A stretch of DNA of 32,000 nt from Candidatus Saccharimonadota bacterium (GCA_016699955.1 CP064993.1:420001-452000), one strand, 5' to 3'; positions 1 through 9,130 are shown, numbered from the stretch's first letter. The notes: generated by a model not told the origin, from the sequence alone. Numbers and translations are program-made.

Positions 1-1
1 C

Positions 2-2197
2 GAAATTAAAAACAGTGTCACGGGCAAAACCTCCGCGTTTTACGAGCCCGCTCTTGATTACTTGGCTGTAAAAATGCCGCGCTGGGATCTGCAAAAGCTT
101 AAAAGCAGCGATCATCACATTGGTAGCGAAATGAAAAGTGTTGGCGAAGTGATGGCGCTGGGCCGATCGTTTCCGGAGGCGATTCAGAAAGCTGTGCGCA
201 TGCTTAACATCGGTGCCCAAGGGCTTAGTGTGCATCCGCATGACATTGCAGATCCTATGGATGAAATCACACACCCTACTGACAGAAGACTTTTTGCGAT
301 CTATGAAGCGATGATCCAAGGCGTGACGATTGAGGAAATTCAGGCGGCTTCGCACATTGACCCGTGGTTCCTGGGCCACTTAGCCGAAATAGTTCAGACA
401 GAAGAAGGTATTCGTAAGAGTAAGCTCGACAAAACGCTTCTTAAAAGGGCAAAGTGCATGGGTTTCAGTGACCAAGTCATTGCTGGGCTTCAGGGTAAAA
501 CCGAAAGTGAAATCCGTAAGCTACGGCTAAAACATGGTGTCACTCCAGCTATTAAGCAGATAGATACCCTGGCCGGCGAGTTCGACGCCGAAACAAACTA
601 TTTGTACGCTACCTATCATGGTACGACGCACGATGTCGATCCTCTGAGCGAAAAGGTGGCAATTGTCATTGGTTCCGGCCCCTACGCCATTGGCTCTTCT
701 GTTGAGTTTGACTGGTCGGCGGTGAACACGGCGAAAACACTTCAGAAAAATGGCTTCCAGACTATTATTGTTAACTCAAATCCTGAGACTGTATCGACTG
801 ATTTTGATCGATCGGACAGATTATATTTCGACGAACTAACACTGGAGCGTATTCAAGACATTGCTGATTTTGAGAACCCAAACGGCATTGTCGTATCTGT
901 GGGTGGTCAAATAGCAAACAATCTAGCTTTGCCGCTCCACAAAGCCGGCTATCCTATACTGGGGACTTCACCACGTAAAATTGACATGGCAGAAGATCGG
1001 CAGAAGTTTTCTGCCATGCTGAACAAATTGGGTATAGACCAACCAGAATGGACAGAGGTGACTTCCCTGCCGGCGGCTAAGCAGTTTGCGGAAGTGGTCG
1101 GATATCCGGTGTTGATTCGCCCATCGTATGTGCTGTCTGGGGGCGCTATGAGTGTTGTGCGTTCAGAAAAGGAAATGGAGCGGTATCTTACGGCAGCTAC
1201 AAAATTATCTCCAGACCATCCTACCGTTATCTCTCAGTTTGTACAAAATGCCAAAGAGCTCGAAATTGACGGAGTTGCCTTAGGCGGTCACCTTGTTATT
1301 TACGCTATATCCGAGCACATTGAAAATGCCGGTATTCACTCCGGTGACGCCACGGTCGTCTACCCTGCCCAGCGGCTCTACCTCGAGACGGTGCGGCGCG
1401 CCAAGCTCATTACAAAACAGGTAGTGAAAAATCTCGACATTACCGGGCCGTTTAACATTCAGTTCATTGCCAAGGATAACGACCTCAAGGTAATAGAGTG
1501 TAATGTTCGCGCTTCGCGTTCTTTCCCGTTTGTTTCAAAAGTATCGGGCTACAATTTTATTCAAATCGCCACTGAGGCGATGCTCGGTCAGGAGCATCCT
1601 GAGATATATTTGACGCTCAGTCTTGATCACGTGGGGGTGAAGACCCCGCAGTTTTCATATAACCGCATGAAGGGAGCTGACCCCGTTGCTGGCGTTGAGA
1701 TGGCCTCTACCGGTGAGGTGGCGTGTTTTGGTTCAGAAATCGAGCCAGCCTTTTACCGCTCCTGGCTGGCGACCGAGCAGCGTATAGCTGGCAGACGTAT
1801 GCTTATTAGTTTAGCGGACGAGCAAAAGCACAAATTTGTTGAGGAGGCCGCACAACTTGTTAAGGCTGGTTGGATAATTTTTACTACCCCTGGCACGCAC
1901 AGTTTTTTGAAAGAACATGGTATTAAAACTAAACAGGTTCATAAAGTCCAAGGCCATCAAAAACCTAACTTGGCAGACTTAATTCAAAATCACAAGCTAG
2001 ATGTCATGGTTAGCGTACCTTCGAGAGAGGAAACAAGCGACGAAGCATACCTCATGCGCCGCCTGGCAATCGATAATCACATCCCGCTATTTACCAATCC
2101 CGAAACCGGTCGCTTACTTCTTCGTTGCCTCGCCGACCCCGCCCTAGCAAATCTTGAGCCAAAGCATTGGCGTGAGTACGTGCGCCCGGTACACTAG
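2..2197 (+). CDS. carB: carbamoyl-phosphate synthase large subunit, C-terminal ~730 aa (5' end lies left of the window)
   Basis: The frame is open back to position 2 (EIKNSVTGKTSAFYEPALDYLAVKMPRW...), so the track start at 62 is internal. The second ATP-grasp half (VIGSGPYAIGSSVEFDW, IRPSYVLSGGAMSVV, IECNVRASRSFPFVSK) and a C-terminal MGS-like domain are recognisable. Stop is TAG at 2195-2197. Confidence 0.95.
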   Translation, partial: EIKNSVTGKTSAFYEPALDYLAVKMPRWDLQKLKSSDHHIGSEMKSVGEVMALGRSFPEAIQKAVRMLNIGAQGLSVHPHDIADPMDEITHPTDRRLFAIYEAMIQGVTIEEIQAASHIDPWFLGHLAEIVQTEEGIRKSKLDKTLLKRAKCMGFSDQVIAGLQGKTESEIRKLRLKHGVTPAIKQIDTLAGEFDAETNYLYATYHGTTHDVDPLSEKVAIVIGSGPYAIGSSVEFDWSAVNTAKTLQKNGFQTIIVNSNPETVSTDFDRSDRLYFDELTLERIQDIADFENPNGIVVSVGGQIANNLALPLHKAGYPILGTSPRKIDMAEDRQKFSAMLNKLGIDQPEWTEVTSLPAAKQFAEVVGYPVLIRPSYVLSGGAMSVVRSEKEMERYLTAATKLSPDHPTVISQFVQNAKELEIDGVALGGHLVIYAISEHIENAGIHSGDATVVYPAQRLYLETVRRAKLITKQVVKNLDITGPFNIQFIAKDNDLKVIECNVRASRSFPFVSKVSGYNFIQIATEAMLGQEHPEIYLTLSLDHVGVKTPQFSYNRMKGADPVAGVEMASTGEVACFGSEIEPAFYRSWLATEQRIAGRRMLISLADEQKHKFVEEAAQLVKAGWIIFTTPGTHSFLKEHGIKTKQVHKVQGHQKPNLADLIQNHKLDVMVSVPSREETSDEAYLMRRLAIDNHIPLFTNPETGRLLLRCLADPALANLEPKHWREYVRPVH

Positions 2198-2325
2198 CGT
2201 GCACTTTACCTGGGATGCTCGGGTATGAGATAGGTGTTTTACTTCGTCTAACCTCAGTGTGGTGCGTGCACCACTGTCAGCGGCTCCAGACGTCAGGTGA
2301 GCGAAGCCTTCAGGAAACGGTTCGG

Positions 2326-2931
2326 TTACTGACCCTGCTTGAAGTAGGTGATTTCAAAGAAGTCTATGCCCAGTGACTGTGCGGCGCCCGCGTCATTACT
2401 GCTATCGCCTACGAAGAGGAATTGTTCCCTCGGTGTGCTATCATCTAGCAGCATCCAGCCCTCCGGGTGCGGTTTGGCCAGCCGCACATCCTCGCGCGTC
2501 ACTAATTTGTTGAAATGGTGGCGAATGCCGAGTTCCAATAGAGCTCGCTCGATAGTAGAACGCATATTTGCCGACCATGCGTACATGACTTTTCCCTGCT
2601 CTGCTAGTTCGTGCACCGCACGGACTAGTTCATCGTACGGCGTATGAGCAAAATACATACTTTCAAACTCCTCACTCGCCTCTATAAGCGCTGGGAGAAA
2701 GGTTTCGTAGCGCTCAACATGTTCATTGGCGATTTGCTGCCAGCTGCTGCCGTCATCTTCGGTAATGCGTCGAAAAGAATCGGCTTGGTCTGGAGGTAGC
2801 CGCTGGGCTATCAAGTCAACCCACTCGCGCCACGGAAGATTCAAGAGTGTTAGTGTTGCGTCGAGGTCGAAAATGATGTGCGTATAGCCACGCTCGTCAA
2901 TCGTTTTCAGCAACTTTTCTACCTCTGTCAT
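2326..2931 (-). CDS. HAD-superfamily phosphatase (phosphoglycolate-phosphatase-like), 201 aa
   Basis: All four HAD motifs are present: IIFDLDATLT (DxDxT), AWSANM, KPHPEGW and FVGDSSNDAGAA. I moved the start to the ATG at 2931 (MTEVEKLL...). The 83-aa N-terminal extension in the track overlaps the HIT gene and contains the promoter. Confidence 0.8.
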   Translation of the reverse strand: MTEVEKLLKTIDERGYTHIIFDLDATLTLLNLPWREWVDLIAQRLPPDQADSFRRITEDDGSSWQQIANEHVERYETFLPALIEASEEFESMYFAHTPYDELVRAVHELAEQGKVMYAWSANMRSTIERALLELGIRHHFNKLVTREDVRLAKPHPEGWMLLDDSTPREQFLFVGDSSNDAGAAQSLGIDFFEITYFKQGQ

Positions 2932-2937
2932 GGCACT

Positions 2938-2959
2938 ATTGTAACAGCTAACGTATACT
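2938..2959. promoter_or_regulatory. back-to-back -10 boxes in the 36-bp divergent spacer between the HAD and HIT genes
   Basis: Minus strand: TGTTACAAT (2938-2946), then 6 nt, then the HAD ATG. Plus strand: TATACT (2954-2959), then 8 nt, then the HIT ATG at 2968. Confidence 0.5.
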
Positions 2960-2967
2960 GTGGGAGT

Positions 2968-3375
2968 ATGAAAGACTCGATTTTCACAAAGATTATTAAG
3001 GGAGAAATTCCCTGCCATAAGATCTATGAGGACGCGCAAACGCTTGTGTTTCTCGACATTTCCCCTGCCCAGCCAGGGCATGTTTTGGTTGTACCCAAAA
3101 AACAGGTCGAGTATGTCTGGGATCTTGAGGAGCAAGATTATGCCGCTCTGCGACGCACTGTTCAAAAAGTTGCGCTTCACTTACGTACTAAGTCGGGCAA
3201 AAAACACGTTGGAGAAATCATTGTCGGTGTTGATGTGCCACACGCCCACGTGCACCTTATTCCATTTAACACAGCCGATCAACTTGATGTAGCGTTCCAT
3301 AAGTCAAGTCTGGAACCGGATCATGTCGCACTCGCTGTAATGGCCAAAAAATTACGTATGGAGGATGAATTATGA
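2968..3375 (+). CDS. HIT-family (histidine triad) nucleotide hydrolase, 135 aa
   Basis: MKDSIFTKIIKGEIPCHKIYEDAQTLVFLDISPAQPGHVLVVPKK is a typical HIT N-terminus, and the histidine triad HAHVHLIPF is present. The start was moved to the ATG at 2968. Confidence 0.9.
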   Translation: MKDSIFTKIIKGEIPCHKIYEDAQTLVFLDISPAQPGHVLVVPKKQVEYVWDLEEQDYAALRRTVQKVALHLRTKSGKKHVGEIIVGVDVPHAHVHLIPFNTADQLDVAFHKSSLEPDHVALAVMAKKLRMEDEL

Positions 3376-3545
3376 ACCCGGTTTTAATAGCTTTTATATT
3401 TGCGCTTGGCGCAGGGACATGGGCATATACCAAGTTGCAGCAAAGAACAGGCTACGGCAATAGCAAAACTGCCCTAAAGGGCGCAGCTGTGACTGGTGGT
3501 ATTGCCTTCGTTGTTGTTCTTACCGTCGCTCTCACCTTCTTATAA
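3372..3545 (+). CDS. small two-helix membrane protein, 57 aa (below the track cutoff)
   Basis: My translation is MNPVLIAFIFALGAGTWAYTKLQQRTGYGNSKTALKGAAVTGGIAFVVVLTVALTFL. Its ATG overlaps the HIT stop as ATGA (3372-3375). It has two hydrophobic segments separated by a basic loop. Confidence 0.45.
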   Translation: MNPVLIAFIFALGAGTWAYTKLQQRTGYGNSKTALKGAAVTGGIAFVVVLTVALTFL

Positions 3546-3691
3546 TGTTTGCTCGTACAAAGTATTAATTGCCGGCTAGCCCGACTTTGTACTACGCAAT
3601 CTAGTCGCAAATGGTAACAAATGTGTTGCAACCGCGACATAATTGTTACCATGTTTGGATCAAGGGATAGGGGCTGAAGTGCTGCGCCTTT

Positions 3692-4540
3692 TTAGGCGAC
3701 GGGCTGAAGAGATGCGTATATGGCTGCAATCGACTCTTCCGGTTGGTATGATTGGAATTTCATAGTGTTCCACCCCTGGCCACCTGCTGCAACCAAGTTG
3801 GGACGGTCATCATCTATCAAAAGTAGCTGGTTGGGGGCAAGCCTCGTTTTCTCTGCAGCAATTTGGTATATTCGTTCTTCCGGTTTCATGGCGTGTACCA
3901 CCGAAGAATCGATAATAATTTCGTAATTCGCTGAGGGCAACAAGCCACGATCTAGCATTGGTTGAATCAGCCCGGGCATGGTGTTTGTCAAAATGCCGAC
4001 GCGGTAGTTTTCTGATACCCAGGCAACCAGCTCGTTCATGCCGGGCATTGCCTCTTGGGCATCGAGGTAGTATTGGTACCAGTCAACTATTATTCCAAGT
4101 CTCTCAGCTAGTGCTGTGTTCAGCTCGTCAACAGTTTTTTCACCTCGACAAACTGCATCGTTATGCTGCCAAAAAAACGTTTCTACTGTGTCTGGTGACG
4201 CCCCGCTCTCTTCAGCAAGTTTGGCGAATGCTTTGCCAATACCGCGCACCAGGCAGCCGTTCATATCGAAGTAGACAAACTGGACGCCGTTTACAGATGT
4301 TCGCTTTTCGACTGGTTTTTTAGGACGGTTGCTAACATCAGCCAGAAGTTCGTCGAGCGTCACACCAAGGGTTGTGGCGATTTGCTGGATGGTAAATACT
4401 GAGGGAGCTTTTATTGCCCCTCTCTCTATTTTGGCGAGTGTGGAGTAGCTTAAACCAGAACGCTGGCATAAACTTTGTTGTGTAAACCCCGCTGCTCGTC
4501 GTGCGTGCTGCACGACTGCCCCCAACCGTTTTTCATCCAT
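3692..4540 (-). CDS. fusion protein: N-terminal XRE-type helix-turn-helix domain plus C-terminal HAD-like hydrolase domain, 282 aa
   Basis: N-terminus: FTQQSLCQRSGLSYSTLAKIERGAIKAPSVFTIQQIATTLGVTLDELL (HTH_3/XRE). C-terminus has HAD motifs VYFDMNGCLV (motif I with N at D+2), VGILTNT, MKPEERIY and LLIDDDRPN. Confidence 0.85.
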   Translation of the reverse strand: MDEKRLGAVVQHARRAAGFTQQSLCQRSGLSYSTLAKIERGAIKAPSVFTIQQIATTLGVTLDELLADVSNRPKKPVEKRTSVNGVQFVYFDMNGCLVRGIGKAFAKLAEESGASPDTVETFFWQHNDAVCRGEKTVDELNTALAERLGIIVDWYQYYLDAQEAMPGMNELVAWVSENYRVGILTNTMPGLIQPMLDRGLLPSANYEIIIDSSVVHAMKPEERIYQIAAEKTRLAPNQLLLIDDDRPNLVAAGGQGWNTMKFQSYQPEESIAAIYASLQPVA

Positions 4541-4548
4541 ATGACCCT

Positions 4549-4554
4549 ATTGTA
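4549..4554 (-). promoter_or_regulatory. -10 box TACAAT, 8 nt upstream of the XRE-HAD ATG
   Basis: The minus strand reads TAGTCA-N17-TACAAT-agggtcat-ATG. CTAGCTA and CTAGCCA direct repeats lie just upstream. Confidence 0.4.
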
Positions 4555-4656
4555 CTAGCTACGCAACTATTTGACTAGCCACATAAGGCACTTCGCAGTG
4601 ACTATTTACTGTATTTTTATCAGGAAGCAAAATCTGAACTAAGCGTTACACTTTTC

Positions 4657-7299
4657 TCAGCCGAGCTCGGCAAAGCGGCGCTGTTCAACTTGTAGCCGCT
4701 CTAGCGTAGCTTCGGCGTCAGCGAGCTGCGATTTGGTTTCCGTCACGATTTCTTTTGGTGCATGTTTCACGTAGTTTTCATTTGCTAGTCGTCCTTTTAG
4801 GCTGGCTATGCGCTGCAACTCTTCACCTATTCGAACAACAAGCTTCTCGAGGTGGGCGTGTGCTACTGACGCATCGACGTCCAACCAGCAACGATATGAT
4901 GTGCTGGTCAGGTGAAGCCCTGAGCCGTCGCTTACCTCAAGCACTTCTGCAAGCCCAGCCAAGCGGGCAATAAGCTCGGCATTTGCCGCCAGGAATGGTA
5001 CGTCCGTGTAGTATAGCTGTGGTTTTCTTAAACCTAGGTCACGCACAAGCTCACGTGTCTCGGTTACAATAGCCATTACATTTTCAAAGTTTGTCGCTGC
5101 CTCTTTATGGGTGCGAACGCCCTTTGGCCAGGGCTGGTTCGCCAACACACTTACGCCCGTCCAGGGTATAACTTGCCAAATTGTTTCTGTGACAAACGGG
5201 GCAAACGGGTGTGCCAGCTTCAGAATATTCTCGAGCACAAAAGGTAGCACTTCCCCGCCCTTTTCGTTTTTGCTAGCTTCAATGTACCAATCGGCGACAT
5301 CATCCCACACAAAGTGGTATAGCGCATCGTACGCTTCGCTAAACCGGTACGCGTCTAAATGATTCGATATTATCTTTGTAGTATGTTGTAACTTGCTCAA
5401 CACCCAATGTTCGGCGTCGGTTTTAGGCTCGGGGTTTGGCAGTTCAGTTTTGTCGCCTACTCTATCAAGCGTATAGCGTGCTATGTTCCATAGCTTGTTG
5501 CAGAAATTTCGGTTGGCCTCAATTTTCCCCCAACCCCAATTCTGGTCATTTCCAGGGGTCACACCCATAATGAGTGCCATACGCAGGGCGTCAGTTCCGT
5601 ATTTTGGAATAACATCGAGCGGGTCAATAATGCTTTCCGGTCGGCTTTTGCTCATTTTTTTACCGTCTTCGGCGCGGATGAGGCCGTGCAAATAAACGGT
5701 TCGGAATGGCACCTCACCGGTCATAAATGTCGTAGAAAGAACCATGCGCGCAACCCAGAAAAACAGGATATCCCAACCAGTTTCCATGACAGATGTCGGA
5801 TGGTATGCTCGAAAATCTTGGCTTTGTTTGAGAAGATCATCAAACGGTATGGTTAAGTCTTGAGCAAGTTCCGCGTCAACAAGCGTGCTCCATGTCCAAA
5901 GCGCTGAGCTAAACCAGGTGTCGAGTGTATCGGGGTCTTGCTCCCACTCGTGCCAGCCTTCGCTTTCGTCGGTGGGTGGCTGAAGACCAACATATGTCTC
6001 CATTTTTCCGTCTGTGTCGGTGCGGTACCAAGCCGGTATACGGTGTCCCCACCATATTTGGCGGCTAATACACCAGTCGCGAAGGTTATCTATCCAGTGG
6101 AAGTAGATTTTCTCAAACCGTTTAGGTATGATTTCGATGTCACCGTCATGTATGACTGACTGCATGACTTCTTTTAGACTCCTCTGCTTCCCTTTCCAGT
6201 CGACAGCCGGCTTATTGACATCCACAAACCATTGTAAGCGCACTTGCGGCTCAATAATCCCCTTCCCTCGTTCGTTGAAGGCGACATTGTGCACGTAGTT
6301 TTCGTCTATGCCGACCAAAAGCCCTTTGTGTTTTAATTTTTCGACAATCTTTGATCGAGCTTCTGCAATATCCATGCCTGTAAACTCACCGGCAATAGGC
6401 AGGAGTTTCCCGTGAAAATCGATGATTTGTTCTTTGTCTAGCCCATGTCGCTCAGCCATGTCGAAGTCGACCTGGCTATGCCATGGGGTGATGGTCATTA
6501 CTCCAGTGCCGAAGGCTGGGTCCACCGCTTCATCTTTGATAACTGTTGCGCGAATTGGACCGTTTATCCACTCTACATCTAGTGTGTCGCCGTGTTTGTA
6601 CTGAGCGTAACGCTCGTCATCTGGGTGCATGACGACGTATTTGTCGCCAAATTTTGTCTCTGGCCGTGCCGTGCCAATTTCAAAAGGTCCGTACCGGAAT
6701 GTATAAAACTTACCCTTTTCTTCACCATAAACAACTTCGTCATCTGATACATTTGTTTCCAAATTTGGATCCCAGTTTACAATACGATGACCCCTGTAAA
6801 TAATGCCCGTATCGTACATCTTCACAAACGTTTCATTGACGCAGCGGTTCAAGGCATCGTCCAGTGTATAGCGCAGCCTAGACCAATCACAACTTGACCC
6901 CATTGCTCGCATTTGCCCAAGCATGGTTCCCCTGCTCTGTTCGACAAAATCGCGAGTTTTACTCAGGAAGGCTTCTCGACCGATGTCATGTTTTGTCCGG
7001 CCTTCGTCGGCCAGTTGCTTTTCGATGATAGCATTGACAGGCAATGCCGCATGGTCGGTACCCGGTAGCCATAGCACGTCCTTGCCCTGTTGTCGCTGGT
7101 AGCGTGCCATGATGTCTTGCAAGGTTAAAAATAGTGCGTGACCCAGGCTAAGCGTGCCGGTTTCGTTTGGCGGCGGCATGGCGATAGAAAATTTCTCTTT
7201 TTTGCTCGATGGGTCAGCCACGAACACCCCGCCCTGTTCCCACAGCGCGTATATATCGTTCTCATACTCTCCTGGTTCGTATACTTTTGGTAATTGCAT
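4657..7299 (-). CDS. valS: valine--tRNA ligase, 880 aa
   Basis: N-terminus MQLPKVYEPGEYENDIYALWEQ, HIGH-type motif PPPNETGTLSLGHAL, KMSKS present, and a C-terminal coiled coil. The start was moved from 7374 to the ATG at 7299, which matches homolog N-termini. Confidence 0.95.
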   Translation of the reverse strand: MQLPKVYEPGEYENDIYALWEQGGVFVADPSSKKEKFSIAMPPPNETGTLSLGHALFLTLQDIMARYQRQQGKDVLWLPGTDHAALPVNAIIEKQLADEGRTKHDIGREAFLSKTRDFVEQSRGTMLGQMRAMGSSCDWSRLRYTLDDALNRCVNETFVKMYDTGIIYRGHRIVNWDPNLETNVSDDEVVYGEEKGKFYTFRYGPFEIGTARPETKFGDKYVVMHPDDERYAQYKHGDTLDVEWINGPIRATVIKDEAVDPAFGTGVMTITPWHSQVDFDMAERHGLDKEQIIDFHGKLLPIAGEFTGMDIAEARSKIVEKLKHKGLLVGIDENYVHNVAFNERGKGIIEPQVRLQWFVDVNKPAVDWKGKQRSLKEVMQSVIHDGDIEIIPKRFEKIYFHWIDNLRDWCISRQIWWGHRIPAWYRTDTDGKMETYVGLQPPTDESEGWHEWEQDPDTLDTWFSSALWTWSTLVDAELAQDLTIPFDDLLKQSQDFRAYHPTSVMETGWDILFFWVARMVLSTTFMTGEVPFRTVYLHGLIRAEDGKKMSKSRPESIIDPLDVIPKYGTDALRMALIMGVTPGNDQNWGWGKIEANRNFCNKLWNIARYTLDRVGDKTELPNPEPKTDAEHWVLSKLQHTTKIISNHLDAYRFSEAYDALYHFVWDDVADWYIEASKNEKGGEVLPFVLENILKLAHPFAPFVTETIWQVIPWTGVSVLANQPWPKGVRTHKEAATNFENVMAIVTETRELVRDLGLRKPQLYYTDVPFLAANAELIARLAGLAEVLEVSDGSGLHLTSTSYRCWLDVDASVAHAHLEKLVVRIGEELQRIASLKGRLANENYVKHAPKEIVTETKSQLADAEATLERLQVEQRRFAELG

Positions 7300-7305
7300 T
7301 TCACC

Positions 7306-7314
7306 ATTGTACCA
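7306..7314 (-). promoter_or_regulatory. extended -10 TGGTACAAT, 6 nt upstream of the valS ATG
   Basis: The minus strand reads ...cagagg-TGGTACAAT-ggtgaa-ATG. Confidence 0.5.
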
Positions 7315-7707
7315 CCTCTGTTCTAAAAGGCGTATATTTGATAATGTTCTTCTACAATAATTCACGAAAACCACTCACAATTTGTTACCGTATGAACTAT
7401 GATGCTTACCCACTTCGATATAACTCGTCTGAGTCACCCTGGGCTCTTGCCTATAATGCTCGGCGCCCCCACCAGCTACCAGCTGTAGCACTAGAGCGTG
7501 GCGCAATTGGTGAGTGCATAACCTACGAAATATACCAACAAACTCTGTGTGGTTACTCCGGGTAGGACTTGCTTTACATGCTCCGGCTTGGCTTGATAAT
7601 GAGGTTGTAAGGGTCGGCCGTGGGGTGGTTGTGTTTCATGTGAAAGCAGCGGGAAAAGTATATGTTGAGAAAGACAGATAAAATTCAGCGAAAGTCGAGT
7701 ATTCTCT

Positions 7708-9021
7708 TTACATACTAAGGTTGGGATGAATACCTAAGCTATATGGGTCAGAAACTGGTTTACCGCACTTCATCATAAAGCAGCCGAGGGTCGCTATCAT
7801 AGCGCCATTGTCAGTGCAAAGACGGGGGTCGGTATAGGCAATAGGGCAGGGGAGTCGCTCGGCAAGCTGACGGCGAAGCTCAGCGCTCGCGGCTACTCCT
7901 CCGGCAATGACAACGCTAGCCGGCTTAAACTCTTCGTAGGCCAACAGGGTTTTATCAACGACCGTTTCGATAGCGATACGTTGGAAGCTGGCTGCTACGT
8001 CGGCCTTCTGAGCCTCAGAGAGTCGTTCTGGTAGGTTTTTGGATGGAAACGTGTGATCTGCACCTATAAGCTGCTGTGCAGTGCGTAAAACGGCTGTTTT
8101 GAGCCCGGAAAAACTAAAGTCGTAGCTACTATTTGTACCAGAGTCATGAGTTAAGGAGTAAGAGATAAGAGCTGAATTTGTGTCGCCCTTGGAGACAATG
8201 CTATTGCTGGGCTGCGGCGCAGATGCTTTTCTTGTGTGTCTGATTTTTTGTAGCTGAGTGCTAATGTGACTTATCTTGGCTTTGGGGAAATCAAAGGCTT
8301 GCGGGTTACCTTCGAGCGCTTTTTTGCCTATGCTTGGGCCACCGGGGTAGGGAAGCCCGACAATTTTTGCGACTTTATCAAACGCCTCGCCAATCGCATC
8401 ATCATGCGTTTGCCCGAGTAGGGTGTAATCAAAATGGTCATTAAACAAGGCTAACTGCGTGTGACCGCCGCTGACGATCAGGGCAAGGAGAGGGAAGTGG
8501 GGTTGGGTAAGGGGAAGTTTGTATTCGGACAACTGTTTTTGAAGAGAGACTTGGCTCTCTTCGGGTGCCAATATCGCTTCGTTCACTGTCTGCTCGCACT
8601 CTCCCAGCTCGCTCCGCTCGTCGCTCGCGCTACGCGCTTGTAACTTTTTGACTGTCGTCAAAAAATTGGCATAGACATGCGCTTCAACGTGGTTGATAGC
8701 GTATAGCGGCTTGTTATGAATTATCGCAATGGTTCGGGCAGTGAGCACTCCAATCAGTAGCGATCCGCCGAGGCCGGGGCCATAGGTGACGGCAATGCCG
8801 TCAATGTCATCCCAGGTGCAACCCGCCTCTGTTAATGCTTCATCCAAAACAGAATTGATAACTTCGATGTGGCTTCTAGCGGCAAGTTCTGGCACCACGC
8901 CACCATATTGCGCCTGCAAATCCATGCTGCTCGCTACTACATTTGACAGGAGCGTATCGCCGTCTTGCACGATTGCCACCGCCGTCTCATCACAACTGGT
9001 TTCTAACCCAAGTATTATCAT
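7708..9021 (-). CDS. tsaD: tRNA N6-adenosine threonylcarbamoyltransferase with two large insertions, 437 aa
   Basis: MIILGLETSCDETAVAIV, GPGLGGSLLIGV, LIVSGGHTQL, DFSFSGLKTAV and the C-terminal CTDNGAMIA motif are all present. It is about 90-100 aa longer than usual TsaD. Confidence 0.93.
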   Translation of the reverse strand: MIILGLETSCDETAVAIVQDGDTLLSNVVASSMDLQAQYGGVVPELAARSHIEVINSVLDEALTEAGCTWDDIDGIAVTYGPGLGGSLLIGVLTARTIAIIHNKPLYAINHVEAHVYANFLTTVKKLQARSASDERSELGECEQTVNEAILAPEESQVSLQKQLSEYKLPLTQPHFPLLALIVSGGHTQLALFNDHFDYTLLGQTHDDAIGEAFDKVAKIVGLPYPGGPSIGKKALEGNPQAFDFPKAKISHISTQLQKIRHTRKASAPQPSNSIVSKGDTNSALISYSLTHDSGTNSSYDFSFSGLKTAVLRTAQQLIGADHTFPSKNLPERLSEAQKADVAASFQRIAIETVVDKTLLAYEEFKPASVVIAGGVAASAELRRQLAERLPCPIAYTDPRLCTDNGAMIATLGCFMMKCGKPVSDPYSLGIHPNLSM

Positions 9022-9031
9022 ATGTCACCCC

Positions 9032-9040
9032 AGTATAACA
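9032..9040 (-). promoter_or_regulatory. extended -10 TGTTATACT, 10 nt upstream of the tsaD ATG
   Basis: The minus strand reads TTTGTTATACT-ggggtgacat-ATG. This is the same 9-mer as upstream of argS. Confidence 0.45.
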
Positions 9041-9089
9041 AATATTGTTGTAAAATATTTGACACAATAGCAAACAAGTAGGGATATAG

Positions 9090-9118
9090 TTGACAAACCG
9101 CTTAAGATTTGCTAATAT
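9090..9118 (+). promoter_or_regulatory. near-consensus sigma70-type promoter for the 9201 gene cluster
   Basis: TTGACA (9090-9095), a 17-nt spacer, then TAATAT (9113-9118). A second TTGACA lies at 9059-9064. Confidence 0.65.
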
Positions 9119-9130
9119 AGCCAGGTAACA

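Noticed and set aside
3546-3691. AT-rich long-loop inverted repeats (GTACAAAGT...ACTTTGTAC, and GGTAACAA...TTGTTACC enclosing the palindrome GTTGCAAC), plus a GGGCTGAAG direct repeat between convergent genes. These could be an ncRNA or an operator.
   Set aside because: The stems are short with 20-nt loops and no U-tract. The location between two convergent stops fits weak terminator or spacer sequence. The evidence is insufficient to call a feature.
7300-7470. Possible T-box leader for valS. The minus strand has AGAGGTGGTACAATGG (resembling the T-box core GGGUGGUACC). Further upstream it has AAGAGCCCAGGGTGAC (resembling the Stem I AGAGA/GGUG elements) and a GAA-GUG-G that could be a Val specifier.
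   Set aside because: The GGTGGTAC match is better explained as an extended -10 promoter (TGGTACAAT) placed 6 nt from the ATG. Eight other genes in the window share this geometry, and it would put the transcription start downstream of all the putative T-box elements. The CCGCG half of the T-box is missing, and I could not build a terminator or sequestrator helix.
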